64,000 nucleotides of DNA, from positions 57,275 to 121,274 of the forward strand of contig JAFVQU010000007.1 in NCBI GenBank assembly GCA_017504625.1, written 5' to 3'. This DNA is from Clostridia bacterium (GTDB lineage Bacteria > Bacillota > Clostridia > Oscillospirales > CAG-272). Shown piece by piece: positions 16,277-26,854 of the stretch. The translations under genes were made by a program, and so were the position numbers. Position 1 is the stretch's first letter; each line of letters opens with the position of its first letter. The notes under the pieces are model-generated. The model did no database searches, was not told the DNA's origin, and was given only the letters and a program-made list of their open reading frames with translations.

Positions 16277-19024
16277 TCAAGCTTTTTTCTTTTTCTTTGA
16301 AAGCATATGCGATACAAGCAACGCAACAACGTACAAAACCGTATATCCGCCTATCAGAATGAATTCATATGATCCAAGTCCGTTCGGGAAGAAAACGTTG
16401 CCAAAAAATTGATACGTGGTTAGTCCGACCGCGCCTATAAGTATAGCGTACGCGACCGTAACCTTGAGCCAACAGTATTTTCTTGCGTCGCCCTTCTTAG
16501 TGTATGCCCTGCTCATCAAAACGACCTCTGCGAACGCGGTAAGTGAAAGACAGATATAGACAGGCAATGTAAATGTGGGCTTCTCGCCAAAAACGCCTAT
16601 AAAATTAAGTATCATAACAACAAGTGCCATCACTACGCCAACCGCGGCTCTGAGTGTAATACCGATCATGTTTTCCTTGACGATATCAATAGGATAAGCA
16701 ACGTAGCTTTGTCTTTCCGTCAAAACAGTTCCCTTATATTCGGATTCGGTAAACACAGTAAATGACAGGAACGAGAACACGACCGCCAAAACGATAGCTT
16801 GTAAAGGATTAAGCAAAATATTTCCCGTAATTACCGACATCGCGGTTGCCGTAAGCACGTTGCACATCAGATATACGTAAAGCAATACCGCCTGCGACAT
16901 TGTAACGTAGGTTGCTCTTGCGGCAAAAATAGTTTTGGCAATCACCAAAAGTCCGCCACCCTTCTCATTTGAACGGTGAACGATAACCTTTGAGAGAAGT
17001 CTTGTTTGCTGAGAGCAACGTATATTCGTATCTCTGCCCTCTGGATAGGTTCTTTCATAAACCGATTCTATGTATTTTTCGCTTGAATATTTGATAGTAT
17101 CACAGCTTATCGCAACGTCAGCGCATGCCATTATCTCGTTTTTCGAGGTATCAATTCCGTATGCTGCAACCTTTGCTCCAAGACGGCGCATCTGAGCGAT
17201 GAGCAAACAGTACTCTCTGTTATCAAAGCCTATATATGCGCAATATTCTCCGAGTCTGTACGTGATCTCTCTCTTATCCTTGCGGAATTTTGACGCGTAT
17301 GCTATTTCTCCGTCAAAGAGAGGTGCTAACGCAAAGCTTTTTGCTATATTGATATTTTCCTCGTTCTCCTCAGAAAGAAGAATAGTTCTCTTTATATTAA
17401 GTCGGTCAAAATCGTCAATGATCGGCTGAAGCTCGGCAGGAATATACTCGGTAAGAGCCAGAACACCCTCAAAAATAAGAACTCCGTTATATTCGGAAAT
17501 AACGTAAATGCATTCAAGTCCCTGTGCCTCGCAATTGCTTGCATAGGCCTCGATTTGAGCCGTATCATGCTCTTTCTTTTCACGAACCCTATCTCCGTCA
17601 CGGATAGCGTTACATATTTCATAGGCTGATCGATCAAAGCTGATCCCTACTCTGTAGGATTCGAGCGCCGTTTCGGCACACGCAAAGCCTATGCCCGACT
17701 CCTTATCCTGAGAATAATAGAGCGATTTGATCGCAAGCGATGCTCCATTGATATCATAACCGCTCGATTTTATCTGAGCAAACAATGAATCATCATAGCC
17801 GTTTTCGGTGAAATAGTTTTCTGCTCCCGTGTCACGAAGCGCCTTTACATAAGTAAAAATATTACCAAGCAATCTCTTTCCGTCCGAATCCTTTGGGGTA
17901 AGCTCCTTGAACTCACCTCGAGAGGTACATGCGGAATAAATATGTTTTACACCGTCGGAAAATCCAACCTTGCCTACTAATACGAGATCGGTAAGTCCGG
18001 TCAAGGTATCAAGTGTTTTCACGTTTCTGACAGCCGCATACACATCACGTGACGTATCCCTTTTCGTTGCGGAAAGTCTGGCAATCTTTGCTGAAAAAAT
18101 ATGTAACGCCGAGGTGGATAGAAGCTCCGAGGTGATAAGGAATACCGACGAGAGCAGCATCAAAAAGGCACTGAGGAATTCTACCTTACTTAAAGTAAGC
18201 AAGGACAAAAGTGACAAAACGAGCATTATAGCCGCGCTGAAGAAAACTATCTTGTAGTAGACGGGCTTTATATTCCTTATCGCTTCGGGCTCCGTGTCCC
18301 TTGCAGCGAGTGAACCGTCGGACAAGTGCTTTGAAAGATAAGTATCAGCGGCGGTATTCACAACCACCGCAATAGCTCTGCCCTCACACACCGCACTTCC
18401 GGCATATACCATATTCAAAACGTCGGGATTATCAATGCCTTGATTTTCTTCATACAAGGCTGAACAGTCCTTTTCAACACGGCGTTTTTTGACGATGTTG
18501 TCGGTTTTTATTATCTCCTCTACTACAAGTGTGTCACAGGTAATAAGCCTTGCGTCACAAGGCAAAATATCGCCCGCAGTGATCAGGATAATATCACCTA
18601 CAACAACGTTACGTCCGTCGGTTTTGAAGTTGTGTCCTCCTCGTCTGACCTTGACCATAGGTGAGGCAAACTCCTTCATTGACTCAACTTTCCGTTGAGC
18701 GCGAAGGTTGATAATTCCTCCAAACACCGCCCCTGCCGTCGCAACGGCAAGGACAGACAAGCCAAGCACCGCTCTGTCAAAGATTGCGGCGAGGATGGAG
18801 ATAACAAGCAAAAGAATAACTGAGGGTGCGGTAACAAAAGACGTAAGACATAAAATAGCCGACTTCTTTTTACTAACAAAAAGTGAGCCTCTATATCCGC
18901 CTTGCTTTTTCTTTTCTTTTTCAAGCCTCATACGAGCCTCACGGCTGGTCAGTCCGTCCGTAAGGTCGGTTTTAAGCTTTTCTTCGATAGTATTAAGGTT
19001 GTAACAATGCCAATTTGCAGCCAT
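16277..19024 (-). CDS. P-type ATPase homolog with degenerate catalytic motifs (probable pseudo-enzyme membrane protein)
   Basis: The 915-aa product has a Cation_ATPase_N-like N-terminus (LTSREARMRLEKE), GDILPCDARL and about 10 TM segments. At the expected positions, DKTGT reads LVLVGKVGFSDG, TGES reads KTDN, and GDGxND reads YGIDTSKNE. Confidence 0.8.
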   Translation of the reverse strand: MAANWHCYNLNTIEEKLKTDLTDGLTSREARMRLEKEKKKQGGYRGSLFVSKKKSAILCLTSFVTAPSVILLLVISILAAIFDRAVLGLSVLAVATAGAVFGGIINLRAQRKVESMKEFASPMVKVRRGGHNFKTDGRNVVVGDIILITAGDILPCDARLITCDTLVVEEIIKTDNIVKKRRVEKDCSALYEENQGIDNPDVLNMVYAGSAVCEGRAIAVVVNTAADTYLSKHLSDGSLAARDTEPEAIRNIKPVYYKIVFFSAAIMLVLSLLSLLTLSKVEFLSAFLMLLSSVFLITSELLSTSALHIFSAKIARLSATKRDTSRDVYAAVRNVKTLDTLTGLTDLVLVGKVGFSDGVKHIYSACTSRGEFKELTPKDSDGKRLLGNIFTYVKALRDTGAENYFTENGYDDSLFAQIKSSGYDINGASLAIKSLYYSQDKESGIGFACAETALESYRVGISFDRSAYEICNAIRDGDRVREKKEHDTAQIEAYASNCEAQGLECIYVISEYNGVLIFEGVLALTEYIPAELQPIIDDFDRLNIKRTILLSEENEENINIAKSFALAPLFDGEIAYASKFRKDKREITYRLGEYCAYIGFDNREYCLLIAQMRRLGAKVAAYGIDTSKNEIMACADVAISCDTIKYSSEKYIESVYERTYPEGRDTNIRCSQQTRLLSKVIVHRSNEKGGGLLVIAKTIFAARATYVTMSQAVLLYVYLMCNVLTATAMSVITGNILLNPLQAIVLAVVFSFLSFTVFTESEYKGTVLTERQSYVAYPIDIVKENMIGITLRAAVGVVMALVVMILNFIGVFGEKPTFTLPVYICLSLTAFAEVVLMSRAYTKKGDARKYCWLKVTVAYAILIGAVGLTTYQFFGNVFFPNGLGSYEFILIGGYTVLYVVALLVSHMLSKKKKKA

Positions 19025-19050
19025 GTTTTTTACCAGCCTTTTTAAATTTT

Positions 19051-21396
19051 TTACGCACAGGAAACAATAATTTCTCCGTCACGAACCTCAAGCACAGCCT
19101 TCGCATAGGATTGCGAATAATCCGAAATGAGAATCTCTGCAAGCTTGTCTTCAATATTTTTCTGAATATATCTGCGCATATTTCTCGCTCCGTACTTTTC
19201 GGAGAACGAGCCTTCCGCCACCGCCTTTGCGACCTCCTCGTTATATTCAAGCGAAATTCCCTTTTCAACGAGCACGTCACGAAGCTGATCAAGCATAATA
19301 TAAGCTATCTTTGCAAAATCATCTCTGTTCAGACTTCTGAATGTTATAACCTCGTCAACACGGTTAATAAATTCAGGGCGGAGGAAGCCCGAAAGTGCCT
19401 TTTCGGTTCTGTCAGAATCGGTTTGCTCGGAGTTACTTGAAAATCCTACGACACCGCTTCTGTTTTCCGAGCCTGCGTTTGTCGTCATTACAATAACCGT
19501 ATTTTCAAAGTTGACCGTCTTGCCGTGCGCGTCGGTAATTCTACCGTCATCAAGTATCTGCAAGAGGATGTTGAGCACGTCGGGATGAGCCTTTTCAATC
19601 TCATCGAAAAGGACTACAGAGTACGGTCTACGGCGTATCTTCTCAGTAAGCTGTCCCGCATCGTCATAGCCGACGTATCCGGGAGGAGATCCGATTATAC
19701 GAGATACCGAATGTTTTTCCATAAACTCGGACATATCAAGTCTGATAAGCGTTTCGGGCGAGTCAAAGAGATCTGCCGCGAGTGTTTTCACAAGCTCGGT
19801 CTTACCAACGCCCGTGGGACCCGCAAATATGAAGGAAACAGGCTTGCGCTTGTAGGAAATACCTGCGCGATTGCGCTTAATTGCTCTCGCAACGGCATCA
19901 ACCGCCTTATCCTGACCGATAAGACGTTTTTTCAGCCTTTCGGCAAGGGTATCTATCCTTACGTACTCGTTTTCGGTAATATTTGTCGCGGGAATGCCCG
20001 TCCAAAGCTCTATTACCTCGGCGAGATGCTCCTCTGTAAGCTCTATCTTATCGCATTCGGGGGTAATATCGTCAAGTCGCTTTGAAAGTCGCATCTCTTC
20101 GGATTGAATCTTGGTGATCTCCTCGTACTTCTTCTGCATTTCCTTATCATCCGAGGTAATATTAGCTTCAAGCGCTTCTCTGTCTGATTTAAGTGCGAGA
20201 AGCTTATCGTGGATCTCAAGCGACTCGTTAAGCTCGCTGGAAGAGAGCGAAAGCTTTGATGCAGCCTCGTCAAGCAGGTCGATAGCCTTATCGGGAAGGT
20301 ATCTGTCGGTAATATATCTCTCTGAAAGAACTACCGCGCGGTAAAGAATCGATGCGGGTATTCTTATCTTGTGGAATTCCTCGTAGTAGTGGCTTATTCC
20401 GCGAAGCATCTCTGCCGCCTCGGCAATAGATGGCTCGTTTACGGTTACGGGCTGGAAGCGACGCTCAAGCGCGGAGTCCTTTTCAATATATTTTCTATAC
20501 TCGTTGAGTGTGGTCGCACCAATGATTCGTACCTCTCCGCGAGAGAGTGCAGGCTTTAAAATATTTGCCGCGTTAACGCTTCCTTCCGCATCGCCTGTAC
20601 CAACAATGTTATGCACCTCGTCGATAACGAGAATCACGTTTCCATGCTCCTTAACCTCTGCCAGAAGTCCGAGAATCCTCGATTCAAACTGACCTCTGAA
20701 CTGCGTACCCGCAACAAGAGCCGTCAGATCAACGAGGAATATCTCTTTATCCTTTAGCTTGTAAGGCACGTTACCGTCTGCAATTCTGATCGCAAGACCT
20801 TCCGCAATAGCGGTTTTACCTACACCCGGCTCGCCAATAAGGCAGGGATTATTCTTTTGACGGCGGCAAAGCGTTTGAATAACCCTCTCGGTTTCCTTAT
20901 CTCTGCCTACGATTCTGTCAAGCTTGCCTTCTCTTGCGCTTTTGGTAAGATTTTTGCAATAGGTGGTAAGATATTTATACGTCTTTCCCTGCTTACCGCT
21001 ATTCTTTGGGGGCTCATTTCCCTTTTTCTGAGGATTTGTGGGAACGATGTTTCCGCCCTCCTGCTCTATATTGCTGGGAAGATTCTCGGCAACTGCCTTG
21101 AAGGTATCCATAAGGCCGCTATCCTTGAAGAGCTGAGGAATATCAATCGCGGGAGCACCGCCGTCCTCGCCCTCGTCAGAGCCTGAGAGCATACCTGCCA
21201 TCTCATCCTCCATATTTTCGAGCTGATCGGGATTCAATCCCATCTTTTTATAGATATCGCCAAGCATATTTTCAATGGGAAGTCCCATCTGCTTTGCGCA
21301 TTTAATACAAAATCCGTTGGACGATTTCTCGCCGCCCTCGACCTTCGTAACGAAGATCACCGCCACACGCTTGTGGCAATTTGAACACATTATCAT
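19051..21396 (-). CDS. clpE: ClpE-type AAA+ Clp ATPase (N-terminal zinc ribbon, two AAA modules)
   Basis: An N-terminal CSNC...CIKC Zn ribbon replaces the Clp_N repeats. Two Walker A motifs are present (GEPGVGKT and GPTGVGKT), along with a VGF ClpP-docking tripeptide. Confidence 0.85.
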   Translation of the reverse strand: MIMCSNCHKRVAVIFVTKVEGGEKSSNGFCIKCAKQMGLPIENMLGDIYKKMGLNPDQLENMEDEMAGMLSGSDEGEDGGAPAIDIPQLFKDSGLMDTFKAVAENLPSNIEQEGGNIVPTNPQKKGNEPPKNSGKQGKTYKYLTTYCKNLTKSAREGKLDRIVGRDKETERVIQTLCRRQKNNPCLIGEPGVGKTAIAEGLAIRIADGNVPYKLKDKEIFLVDLTALVAGTQFRGQFESRILGLLAEVKEHGNVILVIDEVHNIVGTGDAEGSVNAANILKPALSRGEVRIIGATTLNEYRKYIEKDSALERRFQPVTVNEPSIAEAAEMLRGISHYYEEFHKIRIPASILYRAVVLSERYITDRYLPDKAIDLLDEAASKLSLSSSELNESLEIHDKLLALKSDREALEANITSDDKEMQKKYEEITKIQSEEMRLSKRLDDITPECDKIELTEEHLAEVIELWTGIPATNITENEYVRIDTLAERLKKRLIGQDKAVDAVARAIKRNRAGISYKRKPVSFIFAGPTGVGKTELVKTLAADLFDSPETLIRLDMSEFMEKHSVSRIIGSPPGYVGYDDAGQLTEKIRRRPYSVVLFDEIEKAHPDVLNILLQILDDGRITDAHGKTVNFENTVIVMTTNAGSENRSGVVGFSSNSEQTDSDRTEKALSGFLRPEFINRVDEVITFRSLNRDDFAKIAYIMLDQLRDVLVEKGISLEYNEEVAKAVAEGSFSEKYGARNMRRYIQKNIEDKLAEILISDYSQSYAKAVLEVRDGEIIVSCA

Positions 21397-21412
21397 ATTT
21401 TTTCACCTTTTA

Positions 21413-22120
21413 TTATATCAGGCTTCTGATGAAGCTGAATATCTTTAATTCATTTACAAATTTGAACACGTAGGAGTTATTGTACCAATCTATGATCTCA
21501 AGATTTCCGCTTGTTGCGCTTATAAATTCAAGAATTGTATGACCTACGGTCGCAATAATTGCCGCTCCGAGTATTCCAAGGATAAGTCCGAGGCAAAGTC
21601 CAAGCAACTTATCGATCTTTGAGATTATCGGGATCTCTATCTTCTTGAACATAAGACACACTAAGCTGAAAACAAGGAGTGATACGAGGAATATAAGTCC
21701 ATACGCCATTATAGCAGACGCAGCATTTGCAAGAGGAGCCGAAATCGTCTTTGCCATATCGTAGATAAGCTCGCTGCTTGCTTCTTCACTTCCGTATTTT
21801 TCAAATAGCGTAGCCATCTCACCGCCGCAAAGCTCGACTATCTTACGGAAGCCCTCGGGGATTCCGTTAAAGAATTCAGACAGCGACTGACCGTCAATGA
21901 TATAAGTGGATATTTTTGAATATACTCCGTCAGATATCCATTTTGACATAAAGGTATCGTTTATCCACAATGCAATGGGACGTCCAAGCACTGCTGCGGC
22001 AATCACTGCCGCAATGAATTTACCAAATCCAAGCACTGCCTGAATAAGTCCCTTACGCCAATATTTTATAGTTGCAAAAAGGAAAACAGCAACAATAAGT
22101 ACATCAAAGAAAATAGTCAT
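21413..22120 (-). CDS. cvpA: CvpA family membrane protein
   Basis: The product is a small polytopic membrane protein with a CvpA-like N-terminus (FDVLIVAVFLFATIKYWRKGLIQAVL). An AGGAGA RBS precedes ATG 22120. Confidence 0.7.
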   Translation of the reverse strand: MTIFFDVLIVAVFLFATIKYWRKGLIQAVLGFGKFIAAVIAAAVLGRPIALWINDTFMSKWISDGVYSKISTYIIDGQSLSEFFNGIPEGFRKIVELCGGEMATLFEKYGSEEASSELIYDMAKTISAPLANAASAIMAYGLIFLVSLLVFSLVCLMFKKIEIPIISKIDKLLGLCLGLILGILGAAIIATVGHTILEFISATSGNLEIIDWYNNSYVFKFVNELKIFSFIRSLI

Positions 22121-22143
22121 AACCATTTCTCCTTTCATCACTC

Positions 22144-23439
22144 TTATTTAAAAGTCAGATAATAAGCTGCAGCCTCGGTGCATACCGCAACCTCATCAGC
22201 CAATACTACAAGCTCGGTCGCGCCTTCAAACGACGACGCGCGTGACACAGTGCCATATCTTACGTCAATTCTCAACACCTCACGGTCAAGCAGGACGTAA
22301 AGATAGTTATCACTAAGCGCAACGTCAAGCACTCTGCCGTCAAGATTTCTCGTTAGTCTGTTTTTTCCGTCAGCATCGTATACCGCAACGGTATTCGTTT
22401 TATCAATTCCGTCACCCGCAAAAACCAACGCAAAGGATTCGCCGGATATGTGGTAATCGGAAATTGAGGACTGATATTCACATTCAGCTCGCAGTTTTCC
22501 GTTAATATCGAAAACAAGCGCTTTTTCCCTGCAGATAAGAATTATTTTGTTTTCCGAAGCGAATTTACAGCCATACGGCATATCGCCCGTTATATTTGTT
22601 GAGGAGATTATCTCTCCCGTTTTCATTTTCAGTACGTTCAGAGTAACGATAGCCTCTCCATCCTTTGCGTCAATCGAGGCAACGGCAAGATATTTTCCGT
22701 TATCGGAAAGCTCGGCTGAAATTACGTAATCGTTTTTAAAATATTCTCTGATAAGCGCAAAGTCGTTATCGTACATTCTTATAACAGACGAATATTTCTT
22801 TGATTTCGTCACGACGACAAAGCTTCCGTTATCGGCAACAGACGCATAGCTTATCGGGTATTCAAGCGTTTCCGAATACAAGCTTATAAAGGAATTATAT
22901 ACAGCGAACGACTTTCTTCCCGAATCGTAAACGAGAGCCTGCGAATTTGATGCGGCTATCTTGGGATTGGTATATTTCAGTCCCTCGGAGATAGTAATTC
23001 TTCCCGTTGCCGTGAAAAACTTAAGCTCGCTATCGCTCGCAACCGCAAGACCTTTTTTAAAGCTTGTAAAATACTGATTATTCAAGGGCTTTGAGTAATT
23101 CAACGCCTCGGGTCGTGATTCGCCGTAGCTGCTTATATATTCTATATCCTTGAACATATAATACACGTTCTCATAGGAGATTATTCTTCCCGCAAAAAGC
23201 AAAATTGCAACGGTTAAGATGATAAAAAGCGTTATAAACGTCACCTTTGCTACACCGAGAATATATGCTATTCGGCTCTCGGTTGTCGGTGCGTTGCCTG
23301 CATACCCCGCAAGTCTTTTCTGGCGGTCGGATATTTTTCCAAAAAGGCGGAATGCCTTCATTTTTGAATAAATATCTTTAACAAAATAGAAAACCCTGCC
23401 CAAAAACGATATTTCATTATTTTCAGTTGTTTTTTTCAA
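22144..23439 (-). CDS. Hypothetical membrane-anchored protein with repeated beta-strand (propeller-like) ectodomain, possibly DUF5711-type
   Basis: The 431-aa product has a single TM helix near residue 60-85. The rest is repetitive beta-rich sequence (for example SDNGKYLAVAS and ADNGSFVVV). No catalytic motif was recognised. Confidence 0.55.
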   Translation of the reverse strand: MKKTTENNEISFLGRVFYFVKDIYSKMKAFRLFGKISDRQKRLAGYAGNAPTTESRIAYILGVAKVTFITLFIILTVAILLFAGRIISYENVYYMFKDIEYISSYGESRPEALNYSKPLNNQYFTSFKKGLAVASDSELKFFTATGRITISEGLKYTNPKIAASNSQALVYDSGRKSFAVYNSFISLYSETLEYPISYASVADNGSFVVVTKSKKYSSVIRMYDNDFALIREYFKNDYVISAELSDNGKYLAVASIDAKDGEAIVTLNVLKMKTGEIISSTNITGDMPYGCKFASENKIILICREKALVFDINGKLRAECEYQSSISDYHISGESFALVFAGDGIDKTNTVAVYDADGKNRLTRNLDGRVLDVALSDNYLYVLLDREVLRIDVRYGTVSRASSFEGATELVVLADEVAVCTEAAAYYLTFK

Positions 23440-23481
23440 GCATTTCGCCTCCTTTCAGTAAAAATCCGATTTTATCTAAAA

Positions 23482-24240
23482 TCAGTAAACAACCTTGTTA
23501 AGATAGAGTCCGTGCGCGGGAGCAGTCATTCCCGCAAGACTTCTATCCTTTGATTTTATTATTTTATCAATGTCCTCGGGGGATATTTTACCCTCTCCGA
23601 CTGAGATAAGCGTTCCTGTCATTATCCTTACCATATTGTAAAGAAATCCGTCTGCTGCGACCCTGAAAATTATTTCGTTGCCAAGCTTCTCAACTGAAGC
23701 GGAAACTACTGTTCTGACGGTAGTTGACACGTTAGAGCCTTGTGCCATAAACGCGGAAAAATCGTGCGTGCCGATAAAGCTCTCTGCCGCGGCATTCATA
23801 TTTGCAACGTCATTTTCAGAAAGCACTCTCGGATAATGCCACGCTCTGCCCTCCGAAAACGGATCTCTGACGTGAGAATTGTTTATTCTGTAAATATATT
23901 CCTTGTACTTTACGTCGTATCTTGCATGAAAATCATCATCCACCCATTCGGCATCAAAGACCGCTATATCCTCGGGAAGATGCGCGCTCATGGCGCGTGG
24001 GATTTTCTTGATGTCGATTTCGGTCACAAGCCCCGACTCACCACGCTTGTTTACCGTCGCGCAAAAGCAATTTGCATGAACGCCGCTATCAGTTCGGCTG
24101 CAACCCGTTATATCGCAATCAAAGCCGAAAAGCTCGCTTGCGGCACGGTTAAGCTCGGTCTGCACCGTTCTTTTGTCCTTTTGCGCTTGATATCCGTAAA
24201 AATCCTTGCCAAGATAAGAAATTCTGATCAAAAGCTTCAT
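23482..24240 (-). CDS. truA: tRNA pseudouridine(38-40) synthase
   Basis: The catalytic motif RTDSGVHA is present. The conserved position after ecfT fits. Confidence 0.92.
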   Translation of the reverse strand: MKLLIRISYLGKDFYGYQAQKDKRTVQTELNRAASELFGFDCDITGCSRTDSGVHANCFCATVNKRGESGLVTEIDIKKIPRAMSAHLPEDIAVFDAEWVDDDFHARYDVKYKEYIYRINNSHVRDPFSEGRAWHYPRVLSENDVANMNAAAESFIGTHDFSAFMAQGSNVSTTVRTVVSASVEKLGNEIIFRVAADGFLYNMVRIMTGTLISVGEGKISPEDIDKIIKSKDRSLAGMTAPAHGLYLNKVVY

Positions 24241-24252
24241 ATCTTCACCTGA

Positions 24253-25077
24253 TTACATTGTGTATCCGGGAGCGTAAATATTAAGAAGAACGATAGCCGC
24301 TCCAAACACGGCGATAAAGAACAAAGCAAGATAATCTCTGTACGTGGTTTTTAACACCTTGAGCCTTGTTCTGCCGTTACCTCCGCGATAGCATCGGCAG
24401 GTCATTGCCGTCGCAAGCTCGCCTGCGCGTCTGAACGCTGAAACGAAAAGCGGAATAAGCACGGGAATAAGCGCCTTTGCTCTCTTTGAGAGGCTTCCGT
24501 TTGTAAAATCCGCGCCTCTTGCCTTCTGCGCTGACATGATCTTCTCGGTTTCCTCAATTATCGTGGGTATAAAACGGAGCGCGATAGTCATCATCATTGC
24601 AAACTCGTGAACCGGCACCTTTATGAATGTCAAGGGATAGAGCAATCTCTCAAGACCGTCGGTAAGCTCAATAGGCGTAGTGGTATACGTGAGGAAAATA
24701 CTTGTTCCGATTATCATTGAAATGATACGTACCGCGATAAACACCGCGTTATAAATTCCGTCAACGTAGATATTTATAAAATTCCAATGAAGTATAAGAT
24801 TTTCTTCGGGCCCCTTCGTCCAGAAAATATTGAGTATCGCCGTAAAGATCATAATGAAAATAATTGCCTTTATAGACTTCAATACGATCTTGACGGGGAT
24901 CTTACTGACGAGTATAAGCACAAGAGCAGACACCGTCAGAAGCGCAAAGCTAAGGACGTTTTTACAAAGAAAGCTTGCTACAATGTAGAATATGCCGATA
25001 ACGATCTTCACTCTCGGATCAAGTCTGTGCATGACCGAGTTTGAAGGATAATACTGTCCAAAGGCTACACTTTTCAT
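24253..25077 (-). CDS. ecfT: ECF transporter transmembrane component
   Basis: The product is a CbiQ/EcfT-like polytopic protein. The gene overlaps the upstream ATPase gene by 4 nt. Confidence 0.88.
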   Translation of the reverse strand: MKSVAFGQYYPSNSVMHRLDPRVKIVIGIFYIVASFLCKNVLSFALLTVSALVLILVSKIPVKIVLKSIKAIIFIMIFTAILNIFWTKGPEENLILHWNFINIYVDGIYNAVFIAVRIISMIIGTSIFLTYTTTPIELTDGLERLLYPLTFIKVPVHEFAMMMTIALRFIPTIIEETEKIMSAQKARGADFTNGSLSKRAKALIPVLIPLFVSAFRRAGELATAMTCRCYRGGNGRTRLKVLKTTYRDYLALFFIAVFGAAIVLLNIYAPGYTM

Positions 25078-25931
25078 CTTGCACCTCCAAACAACTCTGA
25101 AAGAGCTTTTTCGGCATCGTCAACCGTGTATATATCCTGCGAGATATTAACTCCTTGCTCACACAAAAGTCGCATAAGGAGAGTTATCTGCGGTACTCCG
25201 AGTCCTATCTCCTCAAGCTCGTCGCCGCGGCAGAATATCTCGTTTCTCTTGCCCTTCATGGCAACGCGAGAGTGCGACATAACGATTATGTCCTCGCAGT
25301 ATTTAGCCATATCGTCCATACTGTGACTGACGATAACCACGGCGCTCCCTGTGCTTTCGGCATATTTCTTTATGCCGTCAAATATGGTGTTCTTGCCGGC
25401 AGGATCAAGTCCTGCGGATGGCTCGTCAAGCACAAGCACCTCAGGGCGCATAGCCATAATTCCCGCGATAGCCGCACGTCTTTTCTGTCCGCCTGAAAGG
25501 TCAAATGGCGACTTTTTAAGATCGCTCTCGCTAAGTCCTACGAAGCTTGCCGATTCGCGAACTCTCTCCGCTATCTCATCCTCGCTAAGTCCCATATTCT
25601 TAGGGCCAAAGGCTATATCCGCCTCAACCGTTTCCTCAAAAAGCTGATATTCGGGATACTGCATAACAAGTCCAACTCTGTATCTTATGCTCGATATTTC
25701 CTTGGGATTTTCCCAGATATCGCGTCCGTCAAGCAAAATTCTGCCCGAGGAGGGACGAAGAAGTCCGTTGAACATCTGCACAAGCGTTGATTTACCCGAT
25801 CCCGTGTGTCCGATTATACCGGTTATGCAATTTTCTTTTATTTCAAAGCTTACGTCATTAAGCGCAGCCATCTCGAAGGGTGTGCCGCCGCTATAGACGT
25901 AAGATACGTTTTCAACCGTTATTTTTGACAT
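25074..25931 (-). CDS. ecfA2: ECF transporter ATPase component A2
   Basis: The protein has Walker A GHTGSGKST and signature LSGGQKRR. It is the second ATPase in the ecfA1-ecfA2-ecfT order. Confidence 0.88.
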   Translation of the reverse strand: MSKITVENVSYVYSGGTPFEMAALNDVSFEIKENCITGIIGHTGSGKSTLVQMFNGLLRPSSGRILLDGRDIWENPKEISSIRYRVGLVMQYPEYQLFEETVEADIAFGPKNMGLSEDEIAERVRESASFVGLSESDLKKSPFDLSGGQKRRAAIAGIMAMRPEVLVLDEPSAGLDPAGKNTIFDGIKKYAESTGSAVVIVSHSMDDMAKYCEDIIVMSHSRVAMKGKRNEIFCRGDELEEIGLGVPQITLLMRLLCEQGVNISQDIYTVDDAEKALSELFGGAR

Positions 25932-25965
25932 TTCGTTATTTTTCCTTTTTTATTGTTGGATAGGC

Positions 25966-26829
25966 TTATTTTCCGAGTGCCGCCGCAATAGCCTTAGCGC
26001 ACTGCTCGGGAGTATTTATCTCACCGTTAATATCAATTCCCTTTGCCTTGAGTCTGATAGTGAGATCCGTGCATTGAGGAAGATCAAGTCCCGCGCCGCG
26101 AAGCTTATCGACCTCGGCAAAAATCTCGGCAGGCGTGCCGTCAAGGAGTATCTTTCCGTCATCAATTACGATAACTCTATCCGCCCTGACCGCCTCGTCC
26201 ATATAATGAGTGATGTTGATTACCGTTTTTCCATCCTCTTTGTTGAGCCTTTCCATTGTCGCGACGACGTCGCGGCGACCGATAGGATCAAGCATTGCGG
26301 TAGACTCGTCAAAGATGATGCATTCGGGCTTCATTGCGATAATTCCCGCAATTGCGATTCTCTGCTTCTGTCCTCCCGACAGTCTGTGCGGCTCGTGACG
26401 AATAAATTCAGTCATTCCGACAGTCGCGAGAGCATCGTCTACGCGACGTCTGATCTCGGCACGCTCAAGTCCGAGGTTTTCGGGGCCAAACGCCACGTCC
26501 TCCTCAACTATCGTCGCAACGAGCTGATTATCGGGATTCTGGAATACCATTCCTATTTTCTTGCGGAGATCGTAGATGCCGTCCTCCGTCATATCGTCAG
26601 AGGTTATCTCAACTCCGTCAACCTCAATGCTTCCCTCAAGATAATCGTAGTCGTCAACTACCAGGGTAAGCAGCTTTGCAAGGGTCGATTTACCCGAGCC
26701 GTTATGTCCGACAATAGCTATATATTCCCCTTTTTCAATATCAAGCGAAATGTCGCGTATGATACCCAAGGGTGAACCCTCGTCATCCTTATATGAATAC
26801 TTTAGATTTCTGATTTTTATAAAAGACAT
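25966..26829 (-). CDS. ecfA1: ECF transporter ATPase component A1
   Basis: The protein has Walker A GHNGSGKST and signature LSGGQKQR. Confidence 0.88.
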   Translation of the reverse strand: MSFIKIRNLKYSYKDDEGSPLGIIRDISLDIEKGEYIAIVGHNGSGKSTLAKLLTLVVDDYDYLEGSIEVDGVEITSDDMTEDGIYDLRKKIGMVFQNPDNQLVATIVEEDVAFGPENLGLERAEIRRRVDDALATVGMTEFIRHEPHRLSGGQKQRIAIAGIIAMKPECIIFDESTAMLDPIGRRDVVATMERLNKEDGKTVINITHYMDEAVRADRVIVIDDGKILLDGTPAEIFAEVDKLRGAGLDLPQCTDLTIRLKAKGIDINGEINTPEQCAKAIAAALGK

Positions 26830-26854
26830 CAGTCAGACCGAGCCTCCGTTACTA

